Below are positions 42,470 to 52,655 of a DNA stretch of 64,000 nucleotides, piece after piece; position 1 is the stretch's first letter; every line of letters begins with the position of its first letter. The stretch lies in IMG/VR virus record IMGVR_UViG_3300045988_125866; one strand, written 5' to 3'. A program made the translations under genes and the position numbers. The notes under the pieces are model-generated. The model was not told the DNA's origin, did no database searches, and saw nothing but the letters and a program-made list of their open reading frames with translations. This DNA comes from a virus.

Positions 42470-45400
42470 TTATCTTACCTTGATAGACTTAACTCCGTTG
42501 ATAACCATGTTGAAATTACTGCTATACTCCTCGAATACGCGCTCTATTCGCTCTGCTGCTTCAGCGTTTCTTAGGGTGTTGGCAGATATGAAGTTCAACT
42601 GTGTTAGTTGCGACTTGGCTATCTCGTTCGATTCCGACATACATTTCACTTGCTCCTCTCTTATTACTGACACATCAAGACGTATGCTATTGAGGTAACT
42701 GGCAATCAGGTCTCCTGTCTCTTCCGTTATCCCTTTTACAGAATTTGTAAGAGAAGAACTGCTGTTGTCGCTCCATCCGTAGTACCGCTTGATATAATCT
42801 CTTGATGCCTCTATCCGCTTTGTCACGTCAGCAAGGTCTTTGCCTATCTCATCCATCTCTGTGTCGGTGTACTCGGACATTACTTTTCCCGTTGCTGTGT
42901 CAAGCTTCTTTTCCGTACCGCCATTAGGGTCGCCATACTTCTTGGTCTTCTCTATCAGAGCTTTTATCTTCTCTCCATAAAGGTTCTCTATCATGGATTT
43001 CAAGATAACATTCCTTAGATTTTCCTCGAAATGGTCCACAAGGTTGTCAGATGTGTTCGACATCGTGGCCATTGCGTCACCCCAGGCGGAAACGAGGTCG
43101 GAATACTTGTTGCCGGTAAGCTTCTCAGTCAGAGACTCTATCATATCCTCCGACTTCTCGCCGTACTCTATCAGTTTGTCAAGATAGGTCCTTGAGTCCT
43201 CATCAAGGTTGGCCCAAAGCTCCGCGTAGTCCTTCTTTATCTGCTGAAGCACCTTGTAGTCTATATCCAAGATATCAGTCATGCTGTCAAACTTCACGCC
43301 GTATCTCTTGGATATTTCGGGGGCAGCTTCTTTCCACCCGCGCTTCTCCCAGTCTCTCACCTTGATAGAGTGACTTCCTGCCGAAGCACCTGAGTTGAAG
43401 TTCTTCATGGCGATCACCTTCGTCTGCTTTATCTCAGCTTCCAGCATCTCCTGGGCTTCCTTTGAGGCGTTTGCAGCCTCAGTACCCCAGTGAATGTTCA
43501 TGTACTCCGACTTCTTGGAGATGAGAGAATCCCAGATCGAAGAAAGCGTTTCGTACTTCTGCTTCGCTTTGTTGTACTCTGAATAATCTGCTCCAAAAGC
43601 CCCTATCAGAGAACTTGCAACGCTTAACCCCGCACCAACAGCAGCTCCATAAGGAGCAAGGTTACCAAGACCCAAAGCATTCAGTCCACCAGACACCTGC
43701 GATGCCGCACCAAGTGCATTGCTTGCGCCTCCCGTTATCTGCCCGAGAATGGAATCTTCTTCACCCATTGCCTTAAACAAACCTATCACTGGATCAAGAG
43801 CGCTTTCCAATGCCTTAAACTTTCCTGCAAGCGCATTGATGGCATTCGACGAGTCTGCATACTTTCCTTTCTGTTTGCTCGCAAGCTCATTTTTGCTATA
43901 CCCGGCAGCACTCCATTCTATGCCCATCTTCTTGGCTTGTTCTGCGGTAGGCACATACTTTTTGCCATTCATGTACTGCGCACCGAGGTCACCTTTCAAG
44001 TATCCTCCTATAGCGTTTCCTTGATTTACGGCCCCGAAGATGTATGGCAGTGGGTTTCTGTCAATATCCTCTTTTCTTAGCTTGTCGAGGGCATCCCTCA
44101 GCTGTTTCACTACTTCTACCGACAATCCCGTCGTTCTCGAAAAATCGTCTATCTTCTCGATCATAGAGTTGATTGTTGCCGAAGATACCCTGTCAAGATC
44201 ATCGAAGATGGCAACCCAGTCCGACTCCTGCTTGAACTGCTCGAACTGAAGCTTCGCAACGTTCTCGTTATGAGTCTTTGTGGCTCCTGCCTTGGCTCTG
44301 TCTCTCATCTGTGGGTCTTCGATGCCCTTGATGAGTTCAAGCTGTCTCTCGTATTTTCGGTTCTCGTCCTCAATCTGCTGTGAGATGGTGGCATTCTTCT
44401 CAATCAGGTTAGCCATCAAATCGATGGTCTCCTTCTTGATCTTGTTGTTCTCATCTTCCAGCTTCTTGCGGATATCATAAACACGGGTCTCTTCACCATA
44501 CTTATCCTTGACATTTTCAAGACTCATATCCTTAACCTCATCCGTAGTCAAGTTAAGACCGGACTGAATGTTATCGTGCCTTACCGCAATATCGAGCTGC
44601 TCCTCCAGGAACTTTTTGTAAGTGTCAAACTGAACAATTCCACCGAAAGCTATATTCTGAGCACCTTTCTTGTTTCCGGTCAGCTCGTATATTTTCTTAT
44701 ACGTCTCATACTGCTCAGATATAGTATCAAGCTGCTTATTGAGTACATTCAGCTCATCTCTCCGCTGGGCTTCGAGAAGTTTTCGGTTTTCAGTCTGAAT
44801 ACCTGCCTTCTCGTTTGCGGCGTAGTCCAATCTGTCCTTCGTTGACGCAGGGAGAGTATTCAAGAGCTCCTTGATGGAAGTCTCGTAGTTGGTATAGTCA
44901 GAGATAGGGAACCTCTTCTTGTCACCAAAGATAGCCTCAAACTCTCCGTCATTAGCAAGCTGACCAAGAGCACCTTCTCCATAAAGCTCCTTAAACTTCT
45001 TGATTTCAGCATACATCTTCTTGTATAAGTCGATGCGCTTCCTCAAATCTTCAAGAGCCTTATCTGTCTGCGCGCCTTTTGATCTACGGCCACCGGTTTT
45101 CTTGTTTTTCTTCTTGTCGTCACCAGTAAACCATTCGCCCCAGTTATCATGATAAGCCTGCATCTTAAGTTCGTATTCCTTCTGCTTCTGTGTAAACTCA
45201 TCGAGAGAAAGATTGCCCAGCGCAAGCATCTTCTTTCTGGTGTTGAGTTCCTTTTTGGCAGCAGTAATGTCCGACTCAGCGTTGCTCTTTGCTTTATCGT
45301 AGTCGTCTCCGGCATCCTTTCCCCAACTCTTGACGTACTTGTTCTTCTCATGATAGTCGTAACCACTACCCTTGAGATTCTTTTCGAGCTGCTGGGTGAG

Positions 45401-48400
45401 ATCCGAGTCATCGTTCCTGAATACGAGATGAATGACAGCCTCGAATCTATCAGCCGCAAGCATTCGCTTCAATGCGTCTGATGCAAAAGGATAGTCTTTC
45501 TGAACCTGAGCCGCAGCATCCTTCATCATGTTTGAAACCTGGACCTTCTCTGCATCTGTCAATTCCTGGTTGTTGCGAATCTTGTCACCAATCCAAGGAA
45601 ACGAAGTGTTTACTGCGTTATCGAGAGCATCCTTGAATTTATTCTCGTAGAAGCCAGTTTCAACACCCATCGCATTAAGAACGTCAGCACGGAACTGATC
45701 AGAAACATCCTGGTTCCATCCCTGCTTTGCAAAGAATGACGAAAGAATCTGATTAGCCTTACCCTGTAACTTTGGGCTGTTGCTGATATCTCCAAGCTCA
45801 TCAATGAGATAATCGCGCATAGCTTTCACCTCATTCTTATATTTTTCTTCCCAGGAGTTGAAGCTAGCGAAGTCGGATTGTGTGGCATTAATCATATTCG
45901 CCTTTGCGGATGCTGAAGAGAACGCTTCTGCTATCTCCTTTGCAGAAGACAGTTTCTCGTCGAATCCCTTATAGGTATCCTCGTTAGAAAGAGAGTTCTG
46001 AGTGCTCTCCTCAACCTGTTTGAGAAGGATGAGCTGTTCTTTGAGATACTTAAGTCTATCCTCATTCGATTTCTTTTCGAGAAGGCTCATTGTGAAAGCA
46101 TTTTCCTTTTCAGGAGCAATCTCCTTCAGCTTTTCCTTATATGCGTCAATAAGGTTTTCTATCTCTTTCTCATCGCCGTCCTTAATGGCTTTATCCGCAT
46201 CGTTATCGCGAAGGAACTCGCCAATCTTAGTGTATCTGTCTTTTAGTTCGTCAGCCGTAGTCTCCATGTCTTGCTTCAGCTGCTGATGCTTCTGCCAGTA
46301 GTATGCAAAGATTGCAGATCCGGCAGAGATAGCGATTCCAGGAAGACCGCCAAGAAAACCGATGATAGAACTAAATCCGGACTTCAAGCCTCCGAGAAGC
46401 AAACCTCCTGCTGCTCCCCATTTGCTAGGGCTAGCCAATCCCTTCAGAACTCCACCAAGGGAGATTCTGTTTACCTGCCCCTCCTGCTTTGTGAGAGCCA
46501 TACCTTGCTTGTACATCTCCTTGGTTATCTGTCCGGTAACATACAAGCGTCTTAGCTCAGCTTTTGTTATCGCATTTGCCTTTGCGAGTGCCTGGATATC
46601 CTGAATCCGAATCTGATTTTTATACTGAAGAATCTGTTTCTCCACGGGAGTTATTTTTTCTCCACGCAAAAGCTTGAGTTCAGCTTCTTTCGCGATATTT
46701 CCCTTTGAGTTCAGTATTCTTTTCCCGATTCCGCCCTCCAAGGTCTTTACTCCACGCATAAGAGCAGGTCCGGCGAATGCTGCAACCATAGCAGGACCTA
46801 AGACGTGAATTTGCTGCACGAGATTGGTAACAACATCAAGGATACCCTTGAAGGTTCCACCTATAACATTCTTACCGTTAGCAAAGTCAGCAAGCATGAT
46901 TTCCCAGGCATCCTTCAATTTATTGTAGCGTCCGAGCAAAGTCTCACTCAGAACCTGCTGCATATTATAGAACTGACCACCTGCATCAGTCATCTGCCAG
47001 AAGATAGACTTCACATCATCAAAACTTACATCTCTGCTTGATATACGAGTCTTAATCTCTGATGTAGAGATATTTCGACCCTCTTGCTTAGAGTAGAACT
47101 CAGATAACTTTTCAAGCAGAGGAATACCTGCATAAGCAATCTGGCGGAGTTCCTTACCATCGAGCCAGCCACGAGCCTGAACCTGACCAAACGCCAATGC
47201 GATACGGTCAAAGCTAACACCAAGACCGGAAGACATATCCGCAAGCCTCTTGGTTGTGTCATAGAGCTGGTCGTACTCAACTCCATACGCAGCCAACTGC
47301 TTAACGTCTCGGTTCAGCTCGGAGAACGTAAATGGAGAATTGAGAGCAAGTTCCTTAATCTGGTTAAACATGGTGTTCGCATTCTGCATATCGCCAAGGA
47401 TTGACTGGAGAGCAATATGCTGCTTCTCCATCTCGCCACCAGTGGTAATGATGCTCATAGCAAACTGCTGGGCACCGAACACAAGACCTCCCTGCAAGAA
47501 AAGTGACTTCAAATCCTGCACGGTTGAATTCAGCTTTCCTGCATGACTGTTGGCTCTCTCGAAGCCACGGACCAAATCAGACTGAACCTTTGCGGCCGTC
47601 TGAGCAATCTCCTGCTGACGCTTCCGCTCAAGCTCAATGCCTCTTTGAACCTCTTGGTTTACAGCCTTCTGGTCTTGAAGAACCCTCGATGCCAATGTGG
47701 TATCATGACCGCTTCCCATATTGCCAAGCGCACCGAGGCTGTTCTTCCAGTTCCCTGAATAAAGTTCTCCCCTGATATCTCTAAGGGTTCTCATTAAAGC
47801 AAGGAGTCTGTTAATCTCGCCTTCTGCCTTGCTTACATCTGCGCCGATGGAGATACCTCTGCTGTATTCTGAACGAAGCTGGCGTACTTTATTGCCGAGA
47901 GAATCGTATCGGCGTTCGGTATTCTTCAACTCAGTCTGGCGCTGCTTCTCGGCTGCAATATCTTCACGCTTCGCCATGGCAGCGTCTCTTGTAGCCTGAG
48001 CCTCAGCCTTCCTGTTTGCTTTATCTTGCGCAGAGTTCAGTTCTCTTTGAGCTTGTGTTGCATTTGTGAGGCTTGACGAAAGTTTGTTCACCTGTTCTGC
48101 ATAAGACGAATAGGATGGTCTGCCACCTTTACCCATAAGGGCAATGTTAGCATCTTCAATTCTTTTCTTAAGTTCGGATGCTTCAGAAAGAGCTTTCTCC
48201 AGGGTACTTGTGTTTACGCCGAGTTCAAGACTTCTCATACCGGCACGCTCACCTCTACCGATTACAAGCGACATTTTCGCATAGAGTCTCGACATTCTGT
48301 CTGTATCAGCTTCTATACGCCTCGCTTCCGCTTCGGATTGTCTTTTTCTTTCGTCTGAAGCTCGCATTTCCGCCTTTCTCTTAGCCTCTTGCAATGCCAT

Positions 48401-49366
48401 GTAGCGCTTTGCATAATCAGACAAAGCTTTAAGCTCCGCATCATTATCCTTGGCGCTCAACTTTGAAGCTGCCGCAAACTCTCTCTCCTGCGCAATGACT
48501 TTTCCCTTTTCTCGCCCGTATGCCTGGGTCGCAGCGGTTGCTTTTGTCATTTCTACAGCAACATCGGAAAGAAGATTCTTCATCTGCGCAGCATCAGTGA
48601 GGATTGATTTGTTGCCAGATGCTGACTGCAATCTGGCAAGAATCTTGTCAAGCTCAGTGATACTACCACCAAGCATGTTGGTATTATAACCCTTTAACGA
48701 ACCCTCTGCCATGAGGTCTCGCATTTTGGCAAGCTTTTCAGTTACTCTTGCAATGTCAGCTTCAACCTTTGCTGCTCCACCGGAAAAGGCAGAAAGAGGG
48801 TTCTCCTTTTTGAATTGATCGGTAATCTGCTTTACATCACGGAACGTCATTTGGAGAACCTTAGCATAGTCTTGCAAAACGTTTGCATAGTCTACGCCGC
48901 CACCTCCGCCGCCTTGTGCTTTATTCTGTAATCTATAAAGCTGATTATTGACATTTTCAAGCATCAACTCTGCTTCCTTAAGCTTCGAGGTATCAACATT
49001 TGGGTTAAGTGAACGCAACTCCGAAATCTTACTGCGTTCTATGTTGATTCTCTGTAGCATATCGAGATAGGAGAGGGCGTTTTTTACCGCCATCTGCAAA
49101 TCTTTAGCTTCATCGCTCTTGTCGCTTTTTTTGAGTTTGGAAATCCTTCTGTTTATCTCATTGAGAACATCGGCAAACTCTTTGGCTTTTTCTGCCTGCT
49201 CCTTGAACCCGGACTTCTTAGTTCCGAATCCCTGGAGAGCACGAAGAAGTGAGTTTGCAGCGTCGTCTCCTGTCTTAAGCTTGTCGATGATTTTTTGAAG
49301 TTCCTTAGATGTATTATCCTTCACACCAAGCTGAAACCACAAGTCACCTAAATTTCCACCTGCCAT
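42470..49366 (-). CDS. tail tape measure protein (2298 aa)
   Basis: Long helical ORF with a conserved TMP core (..MEKQHIALQSILGD..NSPFTFSELNRDVKQLAAYGV..FGQVQARGWLDGKELRQ..). Positioned after the frameshifted chaperones. Confidence 0.85.
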   Translation of the reverse strand: MAGGNLGDLWFQLGVKDNTSKELQKIIDKLKTGDDAANSLLRALQGFGTKKSGFKEQAEKAKEFADVLNEINRRISKLKKSDKSDEAKDLQMAVKNALSYLDMLQRINIERSKISELRSLNPNVDTSKLKEAELMLENVNNQLYRLQNKAQGGGGGGVDYANVLQDYAKVLQMTFRDVKQITDQFKKENPLSAFSGGAAKVEADIARVTEKLAKMRDLMAEGSLKGYNTNMLGGSITELDKILARLQSASGNKSILTDAAQMKNLLSDVAVEMTKATAATQAYGREKGKVIAQEREFAAASKLSAKDNDAELKALSDYAKRYMALQEAKRKAEMRASDERKRQSEAEARRIEADTDRMSRLYAKMSLVIGRGERAGMRSLELGVNTSTLEKALSEASELKKRIEDANIALMGKGGRPSYSSYAEQVNKLSSSLTNATQAQRELNSAQDKANRKAEAQATRDAAMAKREDIAAEKQRQTELKNTERRYDSLGNKVRQLRSEYSRGISIGADVSKAEGEINRLLALMRTLRDIRGELYSGNWKNSLGALGNMGSGHDTTLASRVLQDQKAVNQEVQRGIELERKRQQEIAQTAAKVQSDLVRGFERANSHAGKLNSTVQDLKSLFLQGGLVFGAQQFAMSIITTGGEMEKQHIALQSILGDMQNANTMFNQIKELALNSPFTFSELNRDVKQLAAYGVEYDQLYDTTKRLADMSSGLGVSFDRIALAFGQVQARGWLDGKELRQIAYAGIPLLEKLSEFYSKQEGRNISTSEIKTRISSRDVSFDDVKSIFWQMTDAGGQFYNMQQVLSETLLGRYNKLKDAWEIMLADFANGKNVIGGTFKGILDVVTNLVQQIHVLGPAMVAAFAGPALMRGVKTLEGGIGKRILNSKGNIAKEAELKLLRGEKITPVEKQILQYKNQIRIQDIQALAKANAITKAELRRLYVTGQITKEMYKQGMALTKQEGQVNRISLGGVLKGLASPSKWGAAGGLLLGGLKSGFSSIIGFLGGLPGIAISAGSAIFAYYWQKHQQLKQDMETTADELKDRYTKIGEFLRDNDADKAIKDGDEKEIENLIDAYKEKLKEIAPEKENAFTMSLLEKKSNEDRLKYLKEQLILLKQVEESTQNSLSNEDTYKGFDEKLSSAKEIAEAFSSASAKANMINATQSDFASFNSWEEKYKNEVKAMRDYLIDELGDISNSPKLQGKANQILSSFFAKQGWNQDVSDQFRADVLNAMGVETGFYENKFKDALDNAVNTSFPWIGDKIRNNQELTDAEKVQVSNMMKDAAAQVQKDYPFASDALKRMLAADRFEAVIHLVFRNDDSDLTQQLEKNLKGSGYDYHEKNKYVKSWGKDAGDDYDKAKSNAESDITAAKKELNTRKKMLALGNLSLDEFTQKQKEYELKMQAYHDNWGEWFTGDDKKKNKKTGGRRSKGAQTDKALEDLRKRIDLYKKMYAEIKKFKELYGEGALGQLANDGEFEAIFGDKKRFPISDYTNYETSIKELLNTLPASTKDRLDYAANEKAGIQTENRKLLEAQRRDELNVLNKQLDTISEQYETYKKIYELTGNKKGAQNIAFGGIVQFDTYKKFLEEQLDIAVRHDNIQSGLNLTTDEVKDMSLENVKDKYGEETRVYDIRKKLEDENNKIKKETIDLMANLIEKNATISQQIEDENRKYERQLELIKGIEDPQMRDRAKAGATKTHNENVAKLQFEQFKQESDWVAIFDDLDRVSSATINSMIEKIDDFSRTTGLSVEVVKQLRDALDKLRKEDIDRNPLPYIFGAVNQGNAIGGYLKGDLGAQYMNGKKYVPTAEQAKKMGIEWSAAGYSKNELASKQKGKYADSSNAINALAGKFKALESALDPVIGLFKAMGEEDSILGQITGGASNALGAASQVSGGLNALGLGNLAPYGAAVGAGLSVASSLIGAFGADYSEYNKAKQKYETLSSIWDSLISKKSEYMNIHWGTEAANASKEAQEMLEAEIKQTKVIAMKNFNSGASAGSHSIKVRDWEKRGWKEAAPEISKRYGVKFDSMTDILDIDYKVLQQIKKDYAELWANLDEDSRTYLDKLIEYGEKSEDMIESLTEKLTGNKYSDLVSAWGDAMATMSNTSDNLVDHFEENLRNVILKSMIENLYGEKIKALIEKTKKYGDPNGGTEKKLDTATGKVMSEYTDTEMDEIGKDLADVTKRIEASRDYIKRYYGWSDNSSSSLTNSVKGITEETGDLIASYLNSIRLDVSVIREEQVKCMSESNEIAKSQLTQLNFISANTLRNAEAAERIERVFEEYSSNFNMVINGVKSIKVR

Positions 49367-49384
49367 ATCCTGAATATTTTAAAA

Positions 49385-50112
49385 TTAGAGTTCATTGTTT
49401 AAGTAATCAGCAAGACTTATCTTCTTGCCAACGAGGCTTCCCTCATTCTTCTTTTTCTCCATCCATCTGTCATAGAGGTCGTCCATCTCCTTCTTGGTGT
49501 GCTTCTTCGGACCGCCTTCCTTCTTGGTCTTTGGATAGACGACAAGAGGCTGGTCTGCAACCATGAGGTCAATCTGCGCCGACGAATAGCCCCACCAGTA
49601 GTCGTAGGCTGCGATGAAGTACTTACGATGAAAGAGAAAACCAAACTTCTCCGCTAACGAGAAGGCTGCTCCCCAGCTGGTTCTGCTTGGATAGCTTTTG
49701 CTTCGCTCCTCGTCATCGTCATCATCACGTCCGTCATCCCGGTCGCTAATATGGTAGCCAGTGAGAATGCGTTCGATGGAATTTTTTTTTTAGAAACATC
49801 GAGGACTTTCAGCACCTCTACCACATCTACATCCTTGATGTAGTAGAGCCAACGCCAGTAAAGCCAGTAGAAGGCTCGTATCTTCCAGATGTTGTTGAGG
49901 AGGATGCAGACGCAAATCTTGACGTTGCGCTTCCATTCGTTCTTCTCCTTCATCTTGATATGGGTGCATCTTCTCATTGTTCCCTTTCTGAGCCATCCTA
50001 TATGGTGTTTCTTGCCACGGAACACTACTTCCGTAGGTGTGTCACCGATAACGCTGTCAAGCATCTCCTGCAAGTCCACCGTAGGCTGCTCTATTTTCTT
50101 TTCTTCTGCCAT
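49385..50112 (-). CDS. tail assembly chaperone, -1 frameshift-extended product (GT-like)
   Basis: The -1 frame opens exactly at the A10 run and stays open for about 134 codons (KKNSIERILTGYH..FIAAYDYWWGYSSAQIDLMVADQP..LADYLNNEL*), ending 18 nt before the TMP start. It has no start codon of its own. Confidence 0.6.
49654..50112 (-). CDS. tail assembly chaperone (G-like, zero-frame product)
   Basis: 152-aa ORF between the major tail protein and the tape measure. Contains the slippery run. Confidence 0.6.
   Translation of the reverse strand: MAEEKKIEQPTVDLQEMLDSVIGDTPTEVVFRGKKHHIGWLRKGTMRRCTHIKMKEKNEWKRNVKICVCILLNNIWKIRAFYWLYWRWLYYIKDVDVVEVLKVLDVSKKKIPSNAFSLATILATGMTDVMMTMTRSEAKAIQAEPAGEQPSR
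49782..49791 (-). other. slippery A10 run for programmed -1 ribosomal frameshifting
   Basis: T10 on the plus strand. Zero frame reads TCT AAA AAA AAA ATT. The -1 frame has TAA immediately upstream and is open downstream. Confidence 0.6.
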
Positions 50113-50217
50113 GATTGTATGATTTTTTAAACGAAGAAGGGCGGCACGGCTGTTATCATAAGCCTGCCGCCCAACGGTTGTTATCCTGAATCTAATTACC
50201 TATAGACTTCTCTTTAA

Positions 50218-50820
50218 TTAGCCTCCAATACCAGAAGCTTGAGCCTTAGTAAGCCAAGCAATACTGCGCATGCCTGCACCCTCGATAGAACCGGCGAACT
50301 TGAATGCAACTGGCTTTGAGCCTGTGTCATCCCACTGCAACGTTGCATAGAGGGCAATGTTTGTCACGATCATAAGGTTCTCCTTCTCGTCGTCAACGAT
50401 GACGATAGTACCCTTGATCTTGAACTTCTTAGGCTCAACTGCAACGCCGGTAAAACCGGTAGTAGCATCGAGAGTCGCGTCACCAGTACTCTTCAAGGTA
50501 ACCTTGGTCAACTCTGTGATTGCATCCTCACCGAACATGATTTTCAACAAGTCCTTTGCCTTGGAAGGAACAACGAACTCTACGTTGAAGTCACCGAGTT
50601 CTGCGGTAGTTGCCCAGTCACCGGCAAGGCCGATAACCTTGTAGTGATTGATGGTCGGATCCTCCATGGTTGCCTTAAGAGAATCAACCTCCACAGGAAG
50701 CTCAATCTCTGGTGTGATGTCAACTGAAGCCTTGCTCAAGTCTGTGATAGCCTTTGAGTAGAGCAAAGTCTTAGGACCATTGAAAATGTCCTTCATCTTG
50801 TCAATAGTTGTCATAGCCAT
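50218..50820 (-). CDS. major tail protein
   Basis: 200-aa beta-rich ORF directly upstream of the chaperone pair. The call is by synteny. Confidence 0.55.
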   Translation of the reverse strand: MAMTTIDKMKDIFNGPKTLLYSKAITDLSKASVDITPEIELPVEVDSLKATMEDPTINHYKVIGLAGDWATTAELGDFNVEFVVPSKAKDLLKIMFGEDAITELTKVTLKSTGDATLDATTGFTGVAVEPKKFKIKGTIVIVDDEKENLMIVTNIALYATLQWDDTGSKPVAFKFAGSIEGAGMRSIAWLTKAQASGIGG

Positions 50821-50855
50821 AATCTAAAATATTTTTAATTGTTATACCTGAATAC

Positions 50856-51269
50856 TTATTTTGTTCTCAATCGTCCTTGTATGATGGTGACAGAGTAACC
50901 GTCTCCGTCATCTGTCTGCATGGTTATCATCGGATTTGTTACGATGATGTTTTTGGTGGAGATAGGAAACTTATCCATGACGGCCTTCACCTTCTCGTCC
51001 ACAATGGTCACATCAAGCGTATTGGGATTGTCTGCCGAAACCTTGTCCTTCACATACACTTCTATCTGTAGGGTGGTAGAGTAGTCGTTATACGCACCGT
51101 CAGAGTTCATCTCGTTGTTGTATATGGAAGATGGAAAGAAGACAACGATATAACTGTTTATCTTCTTGTCAACAGCCTTCGGGCGGTTGCGTGGGAACAC
51201 CCTGTCACATACGCCTTTCATGGCGTTGCCCACATCAAAGTATAATGTCTTAATACTTATCATAATCAC
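50856..51269 (-). CDS. tail completion/terminator-position protein
   Basis: 137-aa ORF. The call is by synteny only. Confidence 0.35.
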   Translation of the reverse strand: MIMISIKTLYFDVGNAMKGVCDRVFPRNRPKAVDKKINSYIVVFFPSSIYNNEMNSDGAYNDYSTTLQIEVYVKDKVSADNPNTLDVTIVDEKVKAVMDKFPISTKNIIVTNPMITMQTDDGDGYSVTIIQGRLRTK

Positions 51270-51799
51270 ACCTTCTTAAAGTATCTGACTAAATAATCTC
51301 TGAGCGACGTGATAACATCGTGACCCTTCTTTGCCTCAACGAATCTTGCATAATCAACTCCGGCAACAAGCAACATTTGCCAAGTGGAATCATACTTTCC
51401 ATTGCCATGTTCGTTGTACAAGAGTTCATCTTCTGCCGTTGCAGGGCCGTTCTGTCCACCTTCTCCATATTCACCCTTATAAGGCCTACGTCCGCTATCT
51501 TTGAACGAAAACGAACTACGATAGTACCTGTCAAGATTGTATCTCTCTCCTTCTGCAAGGGTGGGGCGTGTTGGCTCAGGGCCTGGGGCGTAGTGTATCG
51601 ACTGCAAGGAGCCTTTGTAGTATGTACCTATAGCGGTTGATTTATACAGGTTACCTGTAACGTCATTATAGTCACGTGACTCATCTGCCGCCTTCATTGT
51701 CATTTCTGCTGCGTGGTCCATCTTCTGCTGCATCTTTGCTACAGCCATCTGACGGATTTTCTTTTCTATTTCCACGAACTGATCTGCCAAACTCCCCAT
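51266..51799 (-). CDS. HK97 gp10-like head-tail joining protein
   Basis: The N-terminal helix followed by DVTGNLYKS resembles the gp10 family TGNL motif. Confidence 0.5.
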   Translation of the reverse strand: MGSLADQFVEIEKKIRQMAVAKMQQKMDHAAEMTMKAADESRDYNDVTGNLYKSTAIGTYYKGSLQSIHYAPGPEPTRPTLAEGERYNLDRYYRSSFSFKDSGRRPYKGEYGEGGQNGPATAEDELLYNEHGNGKYDSTWQMLLVAGVDYARFVEAKKGHDVITSLRDYLVRYFKKV

Positions 51800-51802
51800 A
51801 GC

Positions 51803-52219
51803 CTAAACTCTTATATATTCCCAGTAAACCACAGTCCTGTTATTGTCCGGTTCGCAGTCCTTGACCATACCTACCTCGGTGTTTTTGCCGACAGTGGAAT
51901 AAATTGTGTCTCCGTCAAGAGGACATCTGCCAGCACCCCATTCGTCATATCTGACAGGAATCGATGCTTTCCTCTTGTTCTGGTCTACATATTTATCGCC
52001 TACAGTGGTAGTGTCCGTATAACTGCGGCCTTCACCGTTATAGAGAATGATTTCCTTGTCCTCACCTACGGGAGCGTCATCATCGGCGAATGGGTCATCA
52101 GGGTCGGCTTTTCCGACGACCTTCCTCACGATCTTGATGATGTGAGGGTATCTTGGGTTTCTGATGTTTTCCTTTTCCATAAGCCTTATTTGATGATGTG
52201 AGGGAGATGTTCTCCCCAA
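51803..52219 (-). CDS. head closure-position protein
   Basis: 138-aa ORF. The call is by synteny only. Confidence 0.35.
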   Translation of the reverse strand: MGRTSPSHHQIRLMEKENIRNPRYPHIIKIVRKVVGKADPDDPFADDDAPVGEDKEIILYNGEGRSYTDTTTVGDKYVDQNKRKASIPVRYDEWGAGRCPLDGDTIYSTVGKNTEVGMVKDCEPDNNRTVVYWEYIRV

Positions 52220-52620
52220 GGAGAATAATTCGCCCTCTTTACTCCGTGGGATGTCACCCGGAAGGTGGATTTTTTCTTGAGCATCGAGTCGGGCTCAAGC
52301 TTTTGGTAGATAGCATTAGCCTCCGCCTTCATTGCACTGATATCCTCGTCCGAAATCTCATATCCTCCTCCAGAGTGCGTCCAACCATTGTCGGAATCAG
52401 AGGTGTTGTTCACCTTGCTTGGGCCAAGACAAAACCACTTCAATGTATCGGCGTATGCTAAACTCAGCATGTCAGCATCACAGTCACACATCAGCGACTC
52501 CGGCTGTATGCCGCGGGTAAGCATGATTCCCAACATGGTCTTCTTTGGCACCTCAAACTTCACCTTGTTGATAAGGTAGTCGTATGCAGTGTAAACTTCC
52601 ATCTCCGATTCCATAACCAT
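52186..52620 (-). CDS. head-tail adaptor-position protein
   Basis: 144-aa ORF directly after the major capsid gene. The call is by synteny only. Confidence 0.35.
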   Translation of the reverse strand: MVMESEMEVYTAYDYLINKVKFEVPKKTMLGIMLTRGIQPESLMCDCDADMLSLAYADTLKWFCLGPSKVNNTSDSDNGWTHSGGGYEISDEDISAMKAEANAIYQKLEPDSMLKKKSTFRVTSHGVKRANYSPWGEHLPHIIK

Positions 52621-52655
52621 ACAATCTAATTACGTTAATAGTTCCAAGACCGAAA

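Noticed and set aside
49417-49644. 75-aa Arg-rich ORF on the minus strand listed in the ORF track
   Set aside because: Its composition (RRRR, PRRR runs) is typical of an out-of-frame read. The adjacent frame encodes a plausible protein continuous with the -1 frame of the chaperone gene, so the region is assigned to the frameshift extension instead.
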